A stretch of 63,654 nt of DNA, the filler included, from Olpidium bornovanus S191 (Eukaryota > Fungi > Olpidiomycota): the NCBI GenBank assembly GCA_017911155.1. It is 28 parts of 28 records of this genome, joined end to end, with 100 filler letters (N's around TTAATTAATTAA, not from the genome) between each part and the next. Parts side by side here need not be neighbours in the genome. Positions count along the whole stretch, not along the records: positions 49,125 to 51,107 come from JAEFCI010012492.1; positions 51,208 to 52,216 come from JAEFCI010010646.1; positions 52,317 to 53,716 come from JAEFCI010011082.1; positions 53,817 to 55,481 come from JAEFCI010004625.1; positions 55,582 to 59,382 come from JAEFCI010005584.1; positions 59,483 to 60,578 come from JAEFCI010005946.1; positions 60,679 to 63,654 come from JAEFCI010012818.1; 21 more parts are not named here. The stretch is one strand, 5' to 3'. The position numbers and the translations under genes are program-made. Positions within the stretch are counted from its first letter, which is position 1. Every line of letters starts with the position of its first letter. A model generated the notes under the pieces. The model saw nothing but the letters and a program-made list of their open reading frames with translations, was not told where the DNA came from and made no database searches. Positions 49,605 through 61,383 of the stretch are shown piece after piece.

Positions 49605-50961
49605 TCAAGGACAGGTGATCGGGTGTCGCAGCGATCCCCTTTTGCGGGTGGGATCGCCCGCCTTGTATGGGTTGCGTATCTGCGTGCCGTGGAGCTTGAG
49701 GCCGCACTTGTCGCCGGCGACGAAACTGCGGTCGTGCACGCGGACGTCCAATCCGACGGGGCTCCGCCAGGCCAGGCCGACGTTGAGACAGAGCCCGGCG
49801 ACCAGGAGCGTGCCGATCATCCACGAGCCCACGCGGTCGTCAAAGGCCGTGGCGGCCATCCCGCTCGACAGCGCCCGGCGCCGCCAGATGTAGCGGTGGG
49901 CCGCGTAGAAGAAGATGAAGAGGGTGAGCACCGAGAGGACGGTCCCCGTTTGCAGGCCGATCATTGCGAGGTCCGGGTCGATGCTTATGTAGCCGTAAAG
50001 GTTCAGGCTTATGCCGAGGATAATGCTTCCTCTGGTTCCGAAAAGAGGTCGAGGCACCGGAAATCGCGGCAAACGGAGTCAACCTACGAAGACTGCGACT
50101 CCGGGATCTTGCACCGCTGCTGCGCGCAAGCCCCACCGGCGAAGAACTCAAAACTACCCACATCATCACCCACGAGTACATCGTCCTCTCGCTGGAAAAG
50201 TACGATTTGGCATCGATCTTGTTGATGACGCGCCTCTTGACGACCCGGATAGGCTTCTTTCCCCTGTGAGACATCGTCCTGGTCGTACCCAACTGGCCCT
50301 TGGAGACGGAGCTGCCGCGTACAAACCGTGAGTTGGTCACGTTTCCGGGACGTTCCGCCGGCGAGCGCGAACCAGGCGGCCGCTGCAGAACTTTAGCGTT
50401 CGGCGATATGTCCTCGACAAGCTGGACGCCCGCGGACGAAGACGGCGCGGGACTCGTCGGAAAAGTCGTGCCGGTGTAAGGCGCCGAGAAGCCGGAAGGT
50501 GTCGGCGAAGCCGAAGCAAACGGCGCCGCCGGCGGCGCAAGTGATTGAGGTAGGGCGTCTACCAGGTCGGCATGGGACGGCTGGGGCTCGTTCGAAGTCC
50601 GGTACTGCTGCTTCCGCTCCGGACCCGGCATCGTCCTCAAAGTCCCCGTTTCGCTGTCCTCTTCAGAGACGTAGGACGCCGGCGCGTGCGGCGGCGGCGG
50701 CGGCGGCGGCGAGGCAGGCCGGCCGCCGGAGGCGAAACGATCGCCCGAGTTCGGGGCAAAAGCGGCCGCCGGCGGCGGCGCGTACCGAAAGGCTCCTGCG
50801 GCGGCGTCCGGGAGGGCGTCGTTCCGCCCCGTCCACGCCGACGCGCCGGGCGAGGCGGCCGCGTCGCCCCAAAACTGCGGCAGCGGCGGGAGCTCGTCGA
50901 CGCCGCTCGACCGAGACGACGGCGGCGGCGGACGGCGTGCCGGCGCGGCGGGATCGGACAT
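49605..50961 (-). CDS. DUF202 (Vtc1-like membrane domain) protein with long Pro/Ser/Ala-rich N-terminus
   Basis: NKIDAKSYFSSERTMYSW (cf. KxEPKVFFANERTFLSW), three hydrophobic helices, FYAAHRYIWRR...FDDRVGS. Confidence 0.75.
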
Positions 50962-52329
50962 GACGTTCGTCCTTCCCGGGAGTAAAACGCCGGGTGATTC
51001 TTTCGGAAACGGGGAGAAGGGTGGGGCGGGGGGGCGAGCGGCTCGGAGCAGACGCGCCCGCAGGGCGGGGGGCGAACCGCGGGGGACACACGGGGCGGGC
51101 GCGCTGCNNNNNNNNNNNNNNNNNNNNNNNNNNNNNNNNNNNNNNNNNNNNTTAATTAATTAANNNNNNNNNNNNNNNNNNNNNNNNNNNNNNNNNNNNN
51201 NNNNNNNCCCCAGGCTCGGGTCCCCCTCACCTTTATTAGGCCAAACGCACTGGGTGAGGTTCTCCATATAATCCAGATTATTTGGAAACGCACTGCACCT
51301 GTGGCTTGCCAGTTCTGAATGCATCATGTCTGAATGTCAGTCAGGATGCTTCAGATTCTTCAGGTGCCCCGGAAGCAGGCGGCAGCCGGGGGAGGATTTG
51401 TTTTTTGGAGCGGCTCTGATCGTTTTGCAGTTGTTTGGAGTTAAACGGGGTTGTCAAGGGGAGGAGGGCGTTTTCCCGCGGGCTGGGCCGCCGCAGCTTC
51501 CAACTGCTGTGGCAACCCCGCCGACAGCGGGCGGGGCTTTCGGACGGGACCGTCCAGGAAACGGCGGGTGCGCCAAAACCAGAACAGCTGCAGCTGCGTT
51601 TATCCTGCCTTCGGATTTCCTCAGGAACGTTTCGGTTTAGACCTGGGCCAATGCATTTTCGGTCAATTCTCGACAGTTTTAGCCCCACGCCCCGCCGTCC
51701 GCTGGCAGGGGCGGTCGAACTGGCTGCGCGCAACCGTCGCCGCAACTTCGCCGGCGAAGTCCACCCGGACCTGGCCACCGAACGAGCACCGCGTGTCCGC
51801 GCCCCTCGCCTTCCCCGGCCCCACCCCGCCTCGCCGTCCCCGGCACCGTGTCTTGTGTCCGTTCGCCTTGCGCCCGCTCGCCTCGTACTGCCCCCCACAA
51901 TACTTTTCCGCCGCTCCTCAGCTTGAGAGAAGTATGTCGGTGCCGGCGCTCGAGGCGGTAGTGCCGATGGCACGTACGTACCGGACGCGTGTGCACGGTG
52001 AACGTCAGGCGGTGGCGGCGTGACCCTCGCAGTTTACGCGCCCAGGCGCTTCCTTCGTGTCCTGGTCAGTGATCGCAGAACGAAATTTGGACCGCGGCGC
52101 GGATGATCCCGAATTGTACACGTTTCGCGAAACCAGGACAAGCCCTAATCAATTCCTTCTGGAGTCTCCCAGAGGTTTGCCGGAAACGAACGCGCCCCGT
52201 CGCGAAAGAAAAAAAANNNNNNNNNNNNNNNNNNNNNNNNNNNNNNNNNNNNNNNNNNNNTTAATTAATTAANNNNNNNNNNNNNNNNNNNNNNNNNNNN
52301 NNNNNNNNNNNNNNNNCATGACACCACCT

Positions 52330-53170
52330 GGTGGATTTGTTACGAGCTCAACGCCAATCGCCGTTCGTTTTCTGTATCAAAGACGCTGCGTAGGTAAATT
52401 GCAGCATAAACGCCTCGCCAGGCATCGATAAACAATCCGCTAAAATCTTTACCTTTCTCCGCCGCTTATCTTCTTCTGCAATGGAGATCCAACCATCGTG
52501 TCAGCGATTTGATGGAGTCCCAGGGCGCTTAGGATGTTTTGGACGCGCTTGTGCTGCTGTACCCGGGTCCATTTCGGAAACCGCAGCCTCACCGAGGTCG
52601 TGAGGACCTCTCGAACGGTAACTGTCTGCGGGGACGAATCCAAAGGAACACGACATTCGGCCGTTTCAACTTTCGACGCGGATGCCGGGAAAGCTGGCTA
52701 AAAAACCTAACGCACTTTCAACATCGCATCGTCCTGGTACACAAATCCGGCAAAGCGCCGTATAACGGGCCCGTCTGTTGGGTACCCGTTGAGGAATAGC
52801 TGGCCGCTCAGACCTTCAGCTTCAACAAGGCCAGCCTTCGGTTTCCCCGGCCCGACGGGCATGTGTCACTTAACGATATTTCGTCCTTTGATCAATCATG
52901 CAGACACGGCGATATCAAAAGAAAACAAGGATCAACCTCGTACTGTAATATTTAGCAACGTCGTTTTCCCTGATCCGCTGGGGCCGAGGATGGCCGTGAG
53001 ACGGCCTGGGCGGAACACACCACTGACGTTGTCGAGAATTCTTTTTGTTTCTTTCTGGGGTCCCCTGAAAAGCCCCAGGACGGGCCTGCACACCCGTGAG
53101 GTTGCGGCCTCCTTCCTTCTTGGTTTCCGTACGGCGATGGAATAGGAGAGGTTCTGCAGCGTGATCGTAA
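52330..53170 (-). CDS. ABCG (White-type) transporter nucleotide-binding domain, fragment
   Basis: [49 protein letters not shown]...ISGGER|[13 protein letters not shown]. Confidence 0.93.
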
Positions 53171-54639
53171 GTGGCGCGATCTGCCTTTGCGGTTCTAAGT
53201 CCGATTCGCTGGCATGTGTTGTCGCCTGAAGTCAGCCTTCTCCGTAAATAGGGTTTCTTTTAGGGAGGGGGAACTTTACGGCTGGGCATGTTATTTGCCG
53301 GACCTTGGAATTGCAATTCCAACGTCGTCGTCAATGGAGACTGTTGGCTGCGACCGGGCCAAAGGGTCCTCCATCGTTGTTCGGGGGGAGTCAAATTGGC
53401 AGCGGCTTGTCTGGTATTCGTTTGCCGGTTTTGGCACGACAGCGCCTGCCCTCCAGTTCCCGGCAGGATGTGCTCGGCCGATTTCCAATCCTTTCCTTTC
53501 TACCGTTGTATTTTTGTCTAGTTTTTTCGAGAATTGCGAGGTTAGGCGGCCCACAGCAGCGCGGGGCGACTGCCTGCAGCGAGCCAAGAAAGGGGCATGG
53601 GGAAAGTTCCTGCTCGACGGATACGGCAACCTGGGTCGGCGCGCGCGCCCCCGCCTGTCGATAACGCGGGCTCACTAGTTAGCCGGCGCCGCGGCCACGA
53701 GTTGGCGACTGCCGCANNNNNNNNNNNNNNNNNNNNNNNNNNNNNNNNNNNNNNNNNNNNTTAATTAATTAANNNNNNNNNNNNNNNNNNNNNNNNNNNN
53801 NNNNNNNNNNNNNNNNCACCGGGACTCAACTTTGATTTATTTTTTTTTCCGTTTCCCGCACGTCTTTCTATGTTTCGCCAAGCGGTTCCCGTACGTCTTC
53901 GACATGGTCCGCCCCACATTCGATTCGATTATTAGTACGAATCTCATTCGATATTGGTTCTTGCCGGCGCTTCTCTTCTCGCAACGACAGAAAGGCGAAG
54001 TTCAATTTGGTTTAATTTTTTTTTTCATTTCCTGCGTTTTTCCCGCGTTACGCGCACCGCCTATCCCGCGCGCGCGCTCGCAAAAAAAAAAAGCAGTTGA
54101 TGACGACGGCGGCGGCAGCGGCGGCGACTCCCGGCCGCGGAGCCGCTGTCTCGAGACGCACTCGCCGTACCGGCGCCGCAGCAGCCAGCGGAGACAGCGG
54201 CTGCGGCTGCAGCAGCAGGCCCCCGCCCACAAGCTGTGCGGCGTGGCCGTCGGCAGGGGCCCGCCGCGCGGCGCCAAGGAGGCGGCTGCGGCTGCTGCCG
54301 CCCGCAGCCGCCGCGACCGCGGCGCCCCCCGGGGCGAGGAAGGCGATGAGGACGACGGGGCGGAGGAGGAGGAGGAGGAGGAGGAGGAGGAGAAAAAAGA
54401 GGGAAAGGAGGAAAAAGGTGAAAGCGCTTACGACCCCAGCCTGTCTCTCTCGACGGCGTCCACCCTCGCGCAGACGGAGGGCACGCTCAGCCGGACGCAC
54501 AGCTCCGCCTCGCTGTTCTCGGCTGCGGCGGCCGCCGCGTCGCTCGAAGGCGCCGGCGGCCCCCGCCCGGACCCCGACCGGGCCGGCGGCGCGGCGGCGG
54601 CGTGGCACAGGGGGCTGGTCGCCGGCCCGCAGGAGTCCG

Positions 54640-55046
54640 ACGACGGCCGCCGGCTGTTCGAGATCGTGAAGAGGGAGGCCCAGGAGGAGAGGATGCAGGC
54701 GGAACGCGCGCTTCCGGAGAACAACGCCAAGCAGGTGAAAAAAAAGGCGTTTCTTTTGAGCACTCCCGGAGGCGATTTCGAGGCGAAAAGGAAAAAAAAA
54801 TTCTTTCCAAACGGCTGCAGTGAAAAACATCGTTCCGACGAGCTGTCCCTTTTTTCTTTTCCGCAGCTCCGCTGTACTCTGGCGCGGTTGCGAAGTCCCC
54901 CGAATCCGAAGTGGCGACGTTACGAAGTGGCGGTAAGCAGAGCTGTCCCACCCCCCCCCTTCCCCGCGCGCTTGAACCAACAGGGCACGGTAACTCGTTT
55001 TTCGGGCCTTGAACACAACTGATACGTTATCCCCCTCCCCCCCCCT

Positions 55047-55079
<33 letters not shown>

Positions 55080-55481
55080 TCTCTCTCCTTTTGCTCCTCC
55101 TGAAAGGAAAGCGTCCGGACGATCTTCGCCAACCACGACGAATTCCCACCCCTCGGCGCCCGGCGCAGGTCCGGGGCGACGGTCGTGGACTTCTCCGGGG
55201 CCGGGAAAGACGCGGGCTGGTTCCCGGCGAACGGCCTGGACGAGGCCACGTTCGCGCACGTGACCAAGCTGTGCGGGCTCCCGCGCTACAGCAGCCTCGC
55301 CTTTTTCCGCAAGTGCATAAAGGTCTCGAAGGCGCTCGAGTCCAACTCGAAGCCCGACGAGGACGAGCTGGACCTGGAGGACCGGGAGATCGAGCGCTTG
55401 ATGGGCGCGTCCCGCAACTACCTCAACGCGGAGCGCAGGAAGCGGTGGGCCGCCGAGAGGATCACTTTCACGCAGTTCATG
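54640..55481 (+). CDS. PP2A regulatory subunit B'' (PR72/PR130-like), N-terminal fragment; true start uncertain (upstream of 54640)
   Basis: VRTIFANH...GLDEATFAHVTKLCGLPRYSSLAFFRKC...ITFTQFM resembles B'' IESTFA...VAKACGCPLY..PLF...FVAMW and plant EFKSVTK.CKLPSF. Confidence 0.55.
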
Positions 55482-55582
55482 NNNNNNNNNNNNNNNNNNN
55501 NNNNNNNNNNNNNNNNNNNNNNNNNTTAATTAATTAANNNNNNNNNNNNNNNNNNNNNNNNNNNNNNNNNNNNNNNNNNNNT

Positions 55583-55999
55583 CCGACCTGTTACAATACG
55601 GAGTCGTGCAGCGAGGACCGCTTAAAAGCCCAAGCGGTGGTTTCGCTGCTGGTCGCTCGAGTGCGGGATTACCCGGTAATCAAGGGCGACTTCCACTCCA
55701 TGTTCGTGGCCGTTGTCGGGCGCGAACCTCAGACGGCGGCGGAGAAGGACGTCTACGAAGGATGGATGGGGCTCCTGGAGGTTTTTGACAAGAACAGCGA
55801 CGGCCTGGTCGAAACCAAGGAGTTGGGGGGTCTTGCGGCTGACGTACCCACTTATGCTTCTGCGGAGGACGTTAACGAAGGACGGATGCTGCTTTTGGAA
55901 CTTTTACATAAGAACGCCAACAACGGCGTGATCAAGGAGTTGGCGGATTTCGCGGCGGACGTAACCACTAAAGTGTCTGCGAAGGTCCATAACGAATGA
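55583..55999 (+). CDS. EF-hand protein, C-terminal fragment
   Basis: Frame open from the contig start; canonical loop FDKNSDGLVETKEL preceded by a degenerate partner (IKGDFHSMF). Confidence 0.6.
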   Translation, partial: PTCYNTESCSEDRLKAQAVVSLLVARVRDYPVIKGDFHSMFVAVVGREPQTAAEKDVYEGWMGLLEVFDKNSDGLVETKELGGLAADVPTYASAEDVNEGRMLLLELLHKNANNGVIKELADFAADVTTKVSAKVHNE

Positions 56000-56270
56000 C
56001 GGATTCTTGTTAAGGACAGCAGCAACCAAGGAGTTGCAGCAAAGCAGTTGGCGGATTTTGCAGTAGACGTACCCACCTATTCATAGTTGTCGTGCCGCCA
56101 CCTGCGACGCTTTCACCCTTGTAAATTCCAACAGCGTTTTCGTTACGGAAATAGATCAGCCGTATGTAATACAGCACGGTGTAAGGATTTTTCTTGGGAG
56201 CCGACACCGCCGGGGAGGGTAGGAGAACTCGCGCGCCGCAAGCAAAAAAACCCCCCCGCGTCCGTTCGAA

Positions 56271-56528
56271 ATGGCAAACAAGGAGGCAACGCTGGTCGTC
56301 GTGGACGTCGGTCCCACGATGTCCACGCTCAAAGACCGCGGGTCGAAGGTGACCAGGGCGGAGAAGGCCGCCGAGGCGTACCGCTTGCTGCTGAAACAAA
56401 AGGTGCTTGCGGAGGAGAGGCGGGGCCGGGAGAGCGCTGGCTTCTCGATCCTAAGCAGTCTCGGGAGGTTTCCTGCCGCCCACGAGCGCCCGTTTTTCGG
56501 CGGCATGGGAAGCTGTATTCCTCCCCAG

Positions 56529-56563
<35 letters not shown>

Positions 56564-59228
56564 TTAAGCCATCCCCCGGTGGCCGCCTTCGCCCGCATTT
56601 CTTAAGCTCATAGCCGCCCGAAAAAACGATGTGATCGGACTCGTTCTGGTCGGGACAAACGGTGGGGTCGCGCCGACACCGTGTGCCGCGAGTATTCCCT
56701 TCCCCTCTCGCTCAGCGCGAGCGCCGTCTTAAGTTTTTGGCGGTCGCGGATTTTCTACCTCCGATTAACGATAAATAAAACAACGCAGAAACCAGGAACC
56801 ACATGAGCAAGCCCCCGTACTTCCAGCATATTACAGAAGCCAGGGACCTGGCCACGGCCGATCTGGACGCGCTGAAGTTCACTTTCCCGACAGGAGAGCA
56901 GCACGGGGACGGTACGAAGTTTCTGTGGTGACGATCCGGAAGCGCTGAACTTCGGCGACTAACGGCGTTTTTTCTTTGATTGCGTTATCAACAGTGCTGG
57001 ACGCTATAGTGGTGGCCGTGGAGATGGTTAGACGACATTGTCGACACCTTAAGTATGACAAGAATATCGTAGTCATCACTGATGCAGAAGGGCCTATAGA
57101 CACGTCGAGAGCAGCGGATATAGCGGAGGTTTTCAAACAGGAAGGAGTCGAGCTCACGCTCATGTGGGTCGTGCGCGTCGCGGCCTGATCCGCCTTTTGC
57201 GACACGCGGCTGCTGAGTCGCGTTTGCGTTCCTTAGGGGAATTGGTTTCGGCGATCCAGAGACGGGGTCGAAGGAGGAAGGCAAAACCAAAACCAAAGCA
57301 CGTCGATCCCCCGTCCCTGACGCTTAGAGCCTCGCGGCACACAATTTTCTTACATTTTGCCGACCGCCGCGGGTTCTGCCGGAATGGTTTTGCGTCTCGC
57401 AGGCTGAATCCGAGAAATTTATTCGGAAATTCACCGACAGCGTGAACGGCGTGTTCTTCGACGTCGACGACGCACTGGCGATCCTGAACAAGCCGCATCC
57501 GAAGCGGGTGCGGCCGACGCCGCTGTTCAAAGGAGGCCTCACCCTCGGTGACCCGTTCGAGGACCGGGAGAGGGCCATGGTAATACCCGTCGTGCTGTAC
57601 GCAAAGACGACGGAGTTAAGGACTCCGACATCGTCGAAGTGTTATATTACTGGCGGCAGCACGTCCGAGCTGGTTCACGGTGTGAACAGGGTCACCAGCT
57701 ACAAGAAGAAGCCTACTGCAGGAGACGCGATGAGCGCGGCGGGAGCAGATCCCGGAGAGGAAGCGAATTTGGACGAAGAGGTGGACCGTGAGCGCATGGA
57801 GAAAGCGTACATGTACGGCCGGACCATCGTTCCTGTTCGCAAATTTGACGAAGATCTCCTGAGGTTGAAAACCGAGAGCGGTTTTTTGATACTGGGATTT
57901 TTCACGAGAGGACAGGTAATTTGTTCTTTTTTTTTCGCGGCAACCGCTTACTTCTGCAGGCCTGCTAACCGTTAAGTCGCCCACTTCCCACCACCTTCTC
58001 CGTTTCAGTTTGAGCGCGATTACCTCATGGCGAACGTGCTCGCGGTTATGGCCCCGAAAGACGACGAATACGCCACCCGGGCCTTGCGCGCCTTCGAGCA
58101 GGCCCTGTTCGTCAAGAACTGCTTGGCTCTGGTGCGCTACGTGGTGAGGGACGGGAGGCCCCCGAAGCTGGGAGTGCTGTTCTCCAGGCTGCCCGAGCGA
58201 GTCGGCCTGTTTTGGGCCCAGATCCCTTTCGCCGAGGACGTGCGGCGATACACTTTCGCCAGCCTGGACATGGTCGAGAGCAGGAACGGGCCGGTCCCAC
58301 ACCCGCTCGCCCCTAACGAAGGCCAGGTGGAGACCATGCGGAATTTTGTCCGCAGCCTCGACATGATGGGTGCCGCAACTGACGACGAGGGGTAACAGTT
58401 TCGGTAGAATTGGTTTTTTGCTTGCTGGGGCGGCGGGCATGAATTTCTCTTCGCTCACCTCGCCATTTCCTGCCAATCCTGCAGCAACCCGGCCGAGCTG
58501 CTCAAGTCAAGAGACACGTTTAACCCGGCGTACCACCGCCTGTACCAATGTATCCAGCACCGCGCCTTGTTTCCGGACGATGGTCTTCCGCCCGTCCCGG
58601 ATTTCTACGCGAAGATTTTTGAGCCGAACGCCGAACTCTTCAGAAAGTCGTCGGCGGCTTGCGAGGCCCTCCGAGACGCCTTCCCGACAAAGAAGATGGA
58701 GACCGCCAAGTCCAGGAAGTGGAAAGCCGGGTGGAAAGGCGCCGCGGGAAGCGCGACTGGAGACGACAGGGAGGCTGCAGAGGTGGACGAGAGCCGCAAG
58801 AGGATCAGGATCGACGCCGGCAGCGAGGACGGGACCGGCGCCGACCTCGAAGCGGGCGCCGAGAACAGCATCCGGACGGTGTCTACTTCCGACCCGATCA
58901 AAGACTTTGAGGCGATGATGAGGAACCGCGAAATCGACCTTACGGAAAGCGGTGAGTTCTGTAACTCATCACCATTTTTTTTTTTGGCAGCGGCCATCGA
59001 GAAGCTCCTCTTCTTTTGGTTTTTTAGGTTGAAGCCGAGAGAGCTAACGCCCAGCGCCTTTTGCCTTTAACGATTCCCCCCTTTCCCTCCCTCCTTCTGT
59101 ACCCTTCGCCCAAGCCGTCTCGCAAATGACCGCCGTCATCAGGCGGTTCGTTTTCGAAACTTTCGGTGACCAATTTTACGACAGGGCGTTCGCTTGCCTC
59201 CGGTCGCTGCGGCAGGCTTCCGCGGCGG
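56271..59228 (+). CDS. KU80: Ku80 DNA end-binding subunit, nearly complete, multi-exon
   Basis: MANKEATLVVVDVGPTM (vWA), VLDAIVVA, KAYMYGRTIVP, LILGFF, ALVRYV, QIPFAEDVRRYTFASL, TFNPAYHRLYQCI.HRAL, DPIKDF, GDQFYDRAFACL. Confidence 0.95.
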
Positions 59229-59343
59229 TGAGCTTGTCTCCTTTCGGATGCGCGTTTCGTTACTTTCCAGCGTCCGTCGTTTGTACGCGTTGCGGGCGCT
59301 TGGGAGCAAACGGCGGGGGGGTTATTTCTAATCCGGACTTCGG

Positions 59344-59382
<39 letters not shown>

Positions 59383-59482
59383 NNNNNNNNNNNNNNNNNN
59401 NNNNNNNNNNNNNNNNNNNNNNNNNNTTAATTAATTAANNNNNNNNNNNNNNNNNNNNNNNNNNNNNNNNNNNNNNNNNNNN

Positions 59483-59994
59483 CATGTCGTCGCTGCTGCG
59501 CCAGAACGACTGGGCAAAGTCCCCGGACAACTGGAAGCAGCGCAAGGCCGTGACCCAGATCGCCGTGCTGAAGCGCCTCTGCTACATCTTCATCGCTTTT
59601 GGCGCTTTCAGCGGCATCGTCTTCACCTTCCCCGGCGCGTGGCAGGTCGGAATGAGTCTCTTGGCCAGCGCAGGTGAGTTAGTGCGTTAGTGGGTGAATG
59701 AGCGAGTGAGTGTGTGCGTGCGTGCGGTGATCGGCTTTTCTTCCTTATTGTTTTATTTTGCTTTATTTTTTTTGGTTTGACTTTTCTTTTCATTTTTTCA
59801 GTTTTTCTTCATTTTTTTTATTTCTTTCTCATATTTTCTCAAATTTTACTATCTTGTGTTCGTTTGATTCCTTTTTGTTTTCTTTTTTATTTTTTATTTG
59901 TTATTATATGTTTTCTTTGTTTTTATTTTGTTTTTCTTTTGTTTTTGATTTTTTTGATTATTTTTTTTGATTTTTTTCCCTTGGTTTTTCTTTT

Positions 59995-60030
<36 letters not shown>

Positions 60031-60463
60031 TTTTTATTTTTATTTTTTTTTTTTTTTTGTTTCGACCCGCCAAAGCTAAAACCTCGCCCGGGCTTTCGCA
60101 AAACCAAAACCAAAAAAAAAATAAAATAAAAATAAACAAAAAAAGGCGCGGCCGGCCTCGTACTCGGTTTGGCGGCGAAGCCAGGACTGGAAAACATAAT
60201 AGCCAGCTTGACGATCGCTTTTACGCAGGTGAGGTTTTCTGGCGCAAAACCGAAAAAAAAAAAGAAGAAACTCGCCCCCGATCAAACCCCCGGAGCGTCC
60301 GCCCGGCCGAGCCGGGGTGACCATAACCCCAACCCGGCGCGCGTGGAACCCTCATTCCAACCCGTTTTCGCCGCGTCGCGCGCGCAGCCGATCACGCTGG
60401 ACGACGAAATCATAATCGGAGGAGAGTACGGGCGGGTTGAAGAGATCAGGTCGCAGTACGTTG
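59483..60463 (+). CDS. Bacterial-type small-conductance mechanosensitive channel (MscS family), internal fragment, three introns
   Basis: Exons 59483-59673, 60146-60228 and 60388-60463 splice in frame to RKAVTQIAVLKRL...TFPGAWQVGMSLLASAGAAGLVLGLAAKPGLENIIASLTIAFTQPITLDDEIIIGGEYGRVEEIRSQYV. Confidence 0.9.
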
Positions 60464-60687
60464 GTGAGTGTTCCGAGAATTGACGAAAAAACAAACCAAC
60501 AAGAAAACCAAAAAAAGCAAAAAAAAAAAAATCAAAAAACATTTAAAGAAAAACAAAAAAAATAAATACAAAAAAAAANNNNNNNNNNNNNNNNNNNNNN
60601 NNNNNNNNNNNNNNNNNNNNNNTTAATTAATTAANNNNNNNNNNNNNNNNNNNNNNNNNNNNNNNNNNNNNNNNNNNNCATGGCCAC

Positions 60688-61383
60688 CTTCAAATTAAAT
60701 TTCTTGTCGATCTGGTGCTCAATTGGGACGCCGTGGCAGTCCCAGCCAAACCGCCGTTCGACGTGGTAGCCGTTCTGATGCGCATAACGTGTGACGATGT
60801 CCTAACACCCCGGAGGGAAAAAGGCAAACGTGGCGGATGAGCTGCACGAAGCCTTTCCGTTCGTTTCGCCATCGCACACACGCCCCGCTTCGTCGCATTC
60901 CACGAATCCTTCGAGACCCTGCGGTTTCCCCAGATGCGTCGCATCCGAGCAGCTTGTGGACCGCCAGACTTATCCATATTGGGTCATATTATGGTACCGT
61001 GATGGTGCTGATGACAGTTCACCAGATACCTTTAACGCCGCCCCTCAGCGGCCCGCCAATTTGGCGAACGCCCAGGACAACGCGACGATCCCTCGCTTGC
61101 CAGTCTGTTCTGCCATACCTTGATGGTACCGGCGAGGATGTGCCCGTAGTGAGGGAGACCGGTGGCAAACGGCGGGCCGTCGTAGAAGGAGAAGCGGGGC
61201 TTCCCCTCGGATAATTTAACAGAGATGCGGAAGGCGTCAATTTCGCGCCAGAACGCGAGAACTTCTCGCTCCTGGTCCGGAAACGAGACGGCGTTTCCCG
61301 ACACTGCGTTAAAGACCCAGAGGAGGAGACAATGCCAGTCAGTTCGAGAGTCGGGGAGTAAGGGGCACGTCGTTGAGGGACAT
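60688..61383 (-). CDS. ILS1: Cytoplasmic isoleucyl-tRNA synthetase, 5' exons; first exon uncertain
   Basis: [36 protein letters not shown]|[28 protein letters not shown]. Confidence 0.96.
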
